Below are positions 57,829 through 64,000 of a stretch of 64,000 nucleotides of DNA, in pieces. The stretch covers positions 92,132,001 through 92,196,000 of the forward strand of contig OZ024747.1 of assembly GCA_964016885.1 (NCBI GenBank), read 5' to 3'. The stretch is from Eledone cirrhosa (Eukaryota). The notes beneath the pieces are model-generated. The model was not told the DNA's origin. It was given only the letters and a program-made list of their open reading frames with translations, and made no database searches. The stretch's first letter is position 1. Every line of letters starts with the position of its first letter. The translations under genes and the position numbers were made by a program.

Positions 57829-58055
57829 ACACACACACAAACACGCAAACACGCAAACACGCACACACACATATATATGTATGTTTATATATATGTGTGT
57901 GTGTGTGTGTATGTGTGTGTGTATTACCGTGGGTGTGCGTGTACGTCTGTGCCTATAATAGTAGTTGTATATCATCATCATCGTTTAACGTCTACTTTCC
58001 ACGCTAGTAATATACACATGTGTGTGTGTGTGTGTGTGTGTGTGTACATATATAA
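57775..58055. repeat. (CA)n/(TA)n/(TG)n microsatellite cluster
   Basis: Read directly; (CA)n and (TG)n face each other. Confidence 0.9.
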
Positions 58056-58821
58056 TTGTTTACAAGGCTTCCCATGGCAGTATTTCACGCAATAAATTGC
58101 TTATGTGAACTCTGTAGTGAATCATATAGCCTACCACTAGTAGTGATATGACTTTCTGTAAAGTTTAATGCTGACTACAATTGCCAAATGAAATAGTGAA
58201 AACCTAATTACATTATTTCACGAAGGCTATAAGTTTATTCGAAGTTAAATGTAGGAAAAACTCTGAAGTATAAGCAGCTACTTCACTTAGTCTCCTTAGA
58301 CGAAATACGATGGTCATACAATACTAGTTTTACGTCAGATTGTCTGATTTATTTGATATTCTTACCTTACAAACATGTCTGTTTGTGTGTGTGCGTATGT
58401 GAATATACATAATATTATAAAATTGAACAATTAATGTTACACACTTCCAACGTAAGATTGAATTTCCAAACTTGATCAATCTATAGACATAAACTGATTT
58501 GCATTGAGAAAGTTCTTTTAGTTTGTTGAAAACTATATACACCTATAACTGCTAATTTCTTCATAAATCTAATCTATATATAGATAACATTTCGTTACTA
58601 AAGCAGTCCTGAAGAGTCATCTCTCAAACCTAAACGTAGGAAAGCAAAATTTGCCATTTTGTATTGTTTAAATTCATAGCGTGTGTGTTAATAAGGTAGA
58701 GAAGATTTATTTAACTTCAAAGTAAATGAACGAAAATGTAAAGAATAAAATAAATCTTAGGTAGAGGAGCTTCTGTTCGAAAAATGTATTGTAGTCTCCA
58801 TTTCATGCCACAAAAACCTTC

Positions 58822-59160
58822 CTGCACGCACCTGTCGAGTTTCCGACTATTGCTGACATGTGGGTTTATGTCGAACACATGTTGTCATGTTTAGGATGGG
58901 TTCTAATATCAGCTGAGTCCATCGTGAAGATCGCCCCACCACCTTTCTTTAGTCGGGAAGGACAGACAGTTTTATTTGCCTGGTGGCCATGGCGAAAGAA
59001 GTCGTGTGATGGACGTGTTTGAAAGAGTAGAAGACAAGAACTTTTCTCTTCAGCGAAGGCCTATTTAACTTTATCAGGTTTCACTTGAGAGAACAGACAG
59101 GGTGAAGTGAGATGTATTACCTTCCAAACATGTTGCTAGTGAGGTGGGCCAGCGAATAAT
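58822..59160 (+). mobile_element. Decayed Tx1/L1-clade LINE, ORF2 C-terminal region
   Basis: LHAPVEFPTIADMWVYVEHMLS...SAESIVKI, then after a frameshift ICLVAMAKEVV*WT...LFNFIRFHL; fits the H...CP....W / LA.AK..W..R pattern that follows the ORF2 zinc knuckle. Confidence 0.6.
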
Positions 59161-59284
59161 TGATGGTCCTCATTGCATGAAGTGGGGAGATTGAGAAAGA
59201 GGGTGAGATTTTAATGGGGTCCCTAAAGGATATCCAGCCTGATACGGCGGTCGAACCCCTGATCTCCGACAAGACTGAAAGGGT

Positions 59285-59797
59285 TAGTAGGTTGCGAAAA
59301 ATGTACGTGACCTGGGATCAGCCTGGAAACAAGGTCACTTTGTCAACGACCTCAAGTCACTAGTTATAGATGTGACTGCCGTCAGCAAGACAGGGATATC
59401 CGACACATGTGATCTAGCTGCCATTTTTGACGACATTGAGATTTACACATCTCTTAGACCGTCTGGAATGGGAGGTAGAATGCAGTGCTGTTTAGGAAAG
59501 GTCTGTATCGTGCGGTACGGAAGATCTACCTGGGGACTCGGACGGTAGGTATGTGATCCTGAATGTGAGTAATAACGCAGGTGGTACTTTTAGAGTAGTG
59601 ACCGTCTACGGCCCGACATGAGCAGGACGACCGGATTTCTTCAGGCGCCTAGAAGCCTCTCTAGGAACGTCTCACACTTTACTATTGGCTGATAGAAACG
59701 GGGCGTGCAAAAGACTCAAGAACCTGGTCAGGCAGTTTCAACAGTCTGACAGGTACCGACTAGATTTCTCGAATGCGCCAGTGTGGACATATAGTAG
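59285..59797 (+). mobile_element. Decayed Tx1/L1-clade LINE AP-endonuclease domain
   Basis: NVRDLGSAWKQGHFVNDLKSLVIDVTAVSKT; AVLFRK; DSDGRYVILNV...FRVVTVYGPT*AGRPDFFRRLE; NLVRQFQQSDRYRLDFSNAPVWTY. These are L1-type EN motifs in the correct order, with frameshifts. Confidence 0.8.
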
Positions 59798-60680
59798 CTG
59801 CAGTAGCCGCCGCAGAGCCGGTGTTTAGCTTGTAAAAGAGAATATATGGTAGTAAGTTTATAAAACAAGTTTATAATTTTGGTTGAAAAATAATCCGTGC
59901 TACTTAATCATTATTCGATCTTCAATTGAACTTAAAAACCAAATCTAGTAAGAAAACATGGAATAGTGAAATCTGATAAATTGATTGATTGGTTAATGGA
60001 TAAACTTAAGTTTATTTGTTTACATGTTTAACAATTATAGATATTTGTTTGGTTGCTGTTCTTCTACTTCCAAGCAAGGTCTGTATTGAATTATATAAGA
60101 CGGAATAGGGAAATCTCTGTGTGGAGTGAGATGGAGAGAAGTGGGGATATGGCGTGTCATGCGATCGAATATCGGTAACTTTGTTATTTTATTTGTATAT
60201 CCGGAAAGAAAATCATGTTTTACCTATATAAATATTCCATTTAATTATTGATTATTGACATCATTTACCTGTCGATTTCTGAATTCTTGCGGCAGACTCT
60301 CTCATTTTATCTGAGGGCATCTAAATGTTCACATTTCAAACAGATATAAATAAGTATTGAAATATAATTTTCAATATCTCTCCGCACTTTTCAAGTGAAA
60401 CTATCTTAAATTATGTCCGTTGGATGCGGAAATTTCTGTTTAATTATTAAACGTTTCCTTTATGTTCCAGTTTTGTGTACGAAATGGTAATAATTGTTTA
60501 CATTTAAATCCTATTTGTGTTACTGAATTGAGTAGTGGAACGAATTACGGCTAAGCCAGTTAGAATATATTGTAACTTACCTTTCAGAGTAAATGTATCG
60601 ATTTTCCAGGTAGTATTTGAAATGTTACTCTCACATCAAATACTGTTTCATTGTTAATAATCATTATTTAGTTTATAATA

Positions 60681-60845
60681 CAGGGCCAGCATAAAGTATT
60701 TCCCTAATTATTGGGTCATCAAGTATGAAATTTGTGGAGGTTCGTCTAAAAAGAATAGATTTCTACAAATTTCATAATTGACGGCCCAATATAGAGCACA
60801 AAACACACTGAGCTTTTTGTTTCATAGATGTCATTCTACACCCTG
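60681..60845. mobile_element. Possible Tc1/mariner-type MITE relic with internal palindrome
   Basis: TA|CAGGG at the left end and CCCTG|TA at the right; internal inverted repeat of about 30 bp per arm at 60709-60791. Terminal identity is only 7 bp including the TA. Confidence 0.4.
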
Positions 60846-61009
60846 TAGAAAAAAACTTTAAACTTGAAATATAGAAATTTAAACAAAGGAAAAGTAAAAT
60901 CTCAAATAGTATCCGAGATATGGTATTTTATAATCAAGGAAAGACTTTGTGCTCACCTTGTCTATTATACTTTTAACATTCGAAATTACAATGGGTTTTT
61001 AAATATGTT

Positions 61010-61200
61010 AAATATATATAATAAATATAATAAATATATATATGATAAATATATATCTATATATATAATAAATATATATATATATACATATATATATAAT
61101 AAATATATATATATACATATATATGTATAATAAATATAATAAATATATATATTAATAATAATAATATATATATATAATAAATATATATATATATAATATA
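61010..61200. repeat. Degenerate (TA)n/(TAA)n tract
   Basis: Almost pure A/T. Confidence 0.9.
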
Positions 61201-61230
61201 AGATCAAAAGATGATTAAAAGAGTTCCAAG

Positions 61231-61301
61231 TATTTTATTATGCGCATTTCAAAAACAAATATCATCATGAGATGATATCTGCGTTTACATCAGATAAAAT
61301 A
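61231..61301 (-). ncRNA. Type I hammerhead ribozyme-like motif (core CUGAUGU, AUA cleavage triplet)
   Basis: Stem I UAUUUUAU/AUAAAAUA (8 bp); CUGAUGU; stem II of about 15 bp with UCAU loop; GAAA; palindromic stem III AUGCGCAU; one core deviation (A9U). Confidence 0.65.
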
Positions 61302-61394
61302 GGGATACATGATATGAAGGTTAAAAAACACTTGTGAATAATGAAGTTTTAAATCAACATATATGTTGATTTAAAACTTCACATCATGTATCCC

Positions 61395-61464
61395 TATTTT
61401 ATCTGATGTAAACGCAGATATCATCTCATGATGATATTTGTTTTTGAAATGCGCATAATAAATA
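61395..61464 (+). ncRNA. Type I hammerhead ribozyme-like motif, second (inverted) copy
   Basis: Core at 61403-61409, GAAA at 61446-61449, predicted cut after 61457; stem I 3' strand is one A shorter than in the other copy. Confidence 0.6.
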
Positions 61465-61647
61465 CTTGGAACTCTTTTAACCATCTTTTGATCTTATATT
61501 ATTTATACTCCAGTCCTACAAACTGTAGAGTGCTATTTATCTGATATTTGCATTGCTTTATTGTGTTACAATAAAACTCACCTCCTACATATATAATAAT
61601 ATATATATATATATATATATATTTATTAAATATAATAAATATATATA

Positions 61648-61823
61648 ATAATTGTTTCTACTTTAGGCACAAGGCCAGCAATTAACCAGTGCATTACTGG
61701 TACTTTATTTTATCGACCCCGTAAGGATGAAAGGCAAAGTCAACTTCGGCGGGATTTGAACTCAGATCGTAATGGGACGTAACTATGCTGGAAAGCATGG
61801 CGTCCGACCCTCTACCGATACTG
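61648..61823 (-). mobile_element. tRNA-derived SINE, near full-length, same family
   Basis: Reverse complement of the 54.7-55.3 kb unit, with B-box, central domain and 3' end; flanked by TA-rich sequence. Confidence 0.88.
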
Positions 61824-61827
61824 AATG

Positions 61828-61856
61828 ATATATATATATATTTAATAAATATAATA

Positions 61857-61941
<85 letters not shown>
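61828..61941. repeat. (TA)n microsatellite
   Basis: Read directly. Confidence 0.95.
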
Positions 61942-61943
<2 letters not shown>

Positions 61944-62023
61944 CAAAGAATTGTGGTAAGGAACCAGATGGACCATAACGCACCAGAGTATTCAATACTT
62001 AGGGTAGTAGAATGGGAAATAGG

Positions 62024-62136
62024 AAAAAGTATGACCCCGACGGCAGAGCTCAAGCCGTTTCGACGGCTATTTCTGGACTAAATTAGAATGTTTAGCCTGG
62101 TGAATAATTAGCCGAACTTGTCAAGGGGTACTTCCT
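62024..62136 (-). ncRNA. Type I hammerhead ribozyme with U3:A8 core variant (UUGACAA), GUC cleavage site
   Basis: Stem I ACCCC/GGGGU, extended by AGGAAGU/ACUUUUU across a 3-nt bulge; core UUGACAA (62124-62118); stem II G-C plus CGGCUA/UAGCCG and an apical GGCUAAA/UUUAGUC hairpin; GAAA; stem III ACGGC/GCCGU with GAGCUC in the loop; predicted cut between 62039 and 62038. Confidence 0.78.
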
Positions 62137-63060
62137 TATATGGGAAAATTGTAGTTGTCAAGAGGATTGGTTAAAATTTGTTGTAAACACAAATAAGTCT
62201 ATCATGGCATCTGGTGGGAGGTAGGGGTGGCTCAACTTGCCTGTAGAACAATAGGGGAGTGAGTGGAGTGGTCAAGCGTTGAAAGTGATATGTATACAGC
62301 AGATTCTAAGGATAGTGTATGAAGTGGAGGAGGGAGGTTATAGAATAGGTAAATCGAATGAGAGTAGGAGACAATAAAAGATACTAGAAAAAAATATATA
62401 TATATAAAATTAGATAGTGATAAATGAATAAATAAAATCACAATTCTATCTTACAATTACAGGTTAATAAGTTGAGAATAGAAAAAACTTGTAGAAATTA
62501 CAAAACTGATACAAAATTAAACGGGTTTAACACATCTGCTATAAGTAGTTAGTAAAACGTATTCGGCCAATTCTATCTTAAAATTACAGGTGTGGGGAAC
62601 TGATGCTACAGAGGCCCGATGGACTGCATCGGAGTAGGCGAAAGGGGAAAAGCAGACGAGGAAGAAAGTGGGGGGTGGAAGGAAGTGATAGGATGAGACA
62701 GGGGGAAGAAGAAGACAAGGAGGAAAAGAAAAGAGATACATCTATTTTTCTTTTAAGATAGCATTGTGATTTTTTTTATTCATTTCTCACTATCTAATTT
62801 TTTTTTTTTTCTAGTATCTTTTATTGTCTCCTACTCTCATTCGATTTACCTATTCTATAACCTCCCTCCTCCACTTCATACACTATCCTTAGAATCTGCT
62901 GTATACATATCACTTTCAACGCTTGACCACTCCACTCACTCCCCTATTGTTCTACAGGCAAGTTCAGCCACCCCTACCTCCCACCAAATGCCATAATAGA
63001 CTTATTTGTGTTTACAACAAATTTTAACCAATCCTCATGACAACTACAACCTTCCCATAT

Positions 63061-63192
63061 AAGGAAGTACCCCCTTGACAAGTTCGGCTAAAAAGTACCC
63101 CCTTGACAAGTTCACCAGGCTAAAAATTCTAATTTAGTCCAGAAATAGGCGTCGAAACGGCTTGAGCTCTGCCGTCGGGGTCATACTTTTTC
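63061..63192 (+). ncRNA. Damaged second copy of the U3:A8 hammerhead
   Basis: Same stems I and III, GUC at 63174-63176, but a 21-bp internal duplication (63065-63085 and 63093-63113) and TAGGCG in place of TAGCCG weaken stem II. Confidence 0.55.
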
Positions 63193-64000
63193 ATATATAT
63201 ATATATATCCTTGTCCATGTGTTTATACCTTTGGTATACAAAGATTAGATAGCAAATCAACATAAAGTTTACAATTAGACTAAAGTGATAGCTATTTCAT
63301 TTAAATCAATTTCAACTCTTAAACATTTCAGTTTATTTTCTTAACTGGTTGATTATATTTTATAGAGGATAGTCTAAAATACTAAGTTTATTCTACGATA
63401 ATGACATTTCCGCCGATATGATTAATCGGCATACAAATGCCTCGTATTTAACACAATGCGAAAATTGTTTGATGCTATATGGAAAAAGGTGTACATGTGA
63501 TAATCTCCATACTCATGCTGGTGTCATATGTTCGAACAAAGGTGAGTAATATTTTAGTGTCATTCATTTAATAGGTAGATGCTGCTCTTCTCCGTGTTGA
63601 TCAAAAGATATTCATTGACGTCATTAGATTCCTAGCTTTTGCAACAAAGAATATGAAATTTACAAAACGGAAATTAGCAGAAATAAAATGTTCAATCTCG
63701 TGACAATCGAGGTTTCTTGATCGGAAACTGGCGGCTAAAAAATATTTATTTACAGAAAATAATTTCATTAGTTTAGATCAATTGGCAGAAAATTTATAAC
63801 CGAGACTTTCATTATTGTCTTCTATTTATTTTGTTTTGTTCAACTTACGTAAAAAGTATATATTAAACATTTCAATATAAATAGAATTAAAACCAATGAA
63901 GCTTAGAAAAGAACGGCAAGTGTTATTTTGTTAATTTGAAGGTTTCAACAATGCTGATAGGCCTTTATGAAATTTAAATTTCATGCAAAATTTTCAAAGG

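Larger units (their letters stand above)
61193..61590. mobile_element. Fold-back element (arms about 61193-61318 and 61376-61502, perfect 40-bp central palindrome 61342-61381), probable Penelope-like pseudo-LTR
   Basis: Arms are near-perfect reverse complements; each carries a hammerhead-like fold; bounded by (TA)n on both sides. Confidence 0.65.
61942..63192. mobile_element. Inverted-repeat element (arms about 62023-62456 and 62751-63192), probable Penelope-like pseudo-LTR pair
   Basis: Arms of about 435 bp are reverse complements (ORFs 62232- and 62766+ give nearly the same peptide); 23-bp direct repeat at 62441 and 62568; hammerhead fold near each outer end; (TA)n on both sides. Confidence 0.7.

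Noticed and set aside
57970-58008. ACGTCTACTTT shared with the satellite monomer
   Set aside because: Only 11 bp, next to a (CAT)n tail-like sequence; too short to infer the satellite's origin.
58605-58645. Hammerhead-like CCTGAAGAG...AAAC...GTAGG
   Set aside because: The essential G12 of GAAA is missing and stems I and III are very weak; at best a dead relic.

Overview
AT-rich eukaryotic non-coding DNA with no credible protein-coding gene. The SINE type, the RTE/Tx1 relics and the dense (TA)n/(TG)n tracts suggest a cephalopod (octopus-like) genome, but that is inference from repeat style only. About 43.5 kb (8271-51812) is one single-orientation satellite of roughly 1000 copies of a 43/42-bp monomer. 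Each monomer carries an internal 7-8-7 dyad, and the array has nested higher-order duplications with offsets of 1241, 3083, 10576, 4942 and 1455 bp. The flanks hold microsatellites, decayed RTE and Tx1/L1 LINE pieces, tRNA-derived SINEs including a tandem trimer, and a possible MITE. The most notable finding is two adjacent, unrelated inverted-repeat elements (61193-61502 and 62023-63192), both bounded by (TA)n. Each arm carries a type I hammerhead-ribozyme fold with a non-canonical core (UUGACAA with a compensatory U3:A8 pair, and CUGAUGU), consistent with Penelope-like pseudo-LTRs. All folds and alignments were done by eye.
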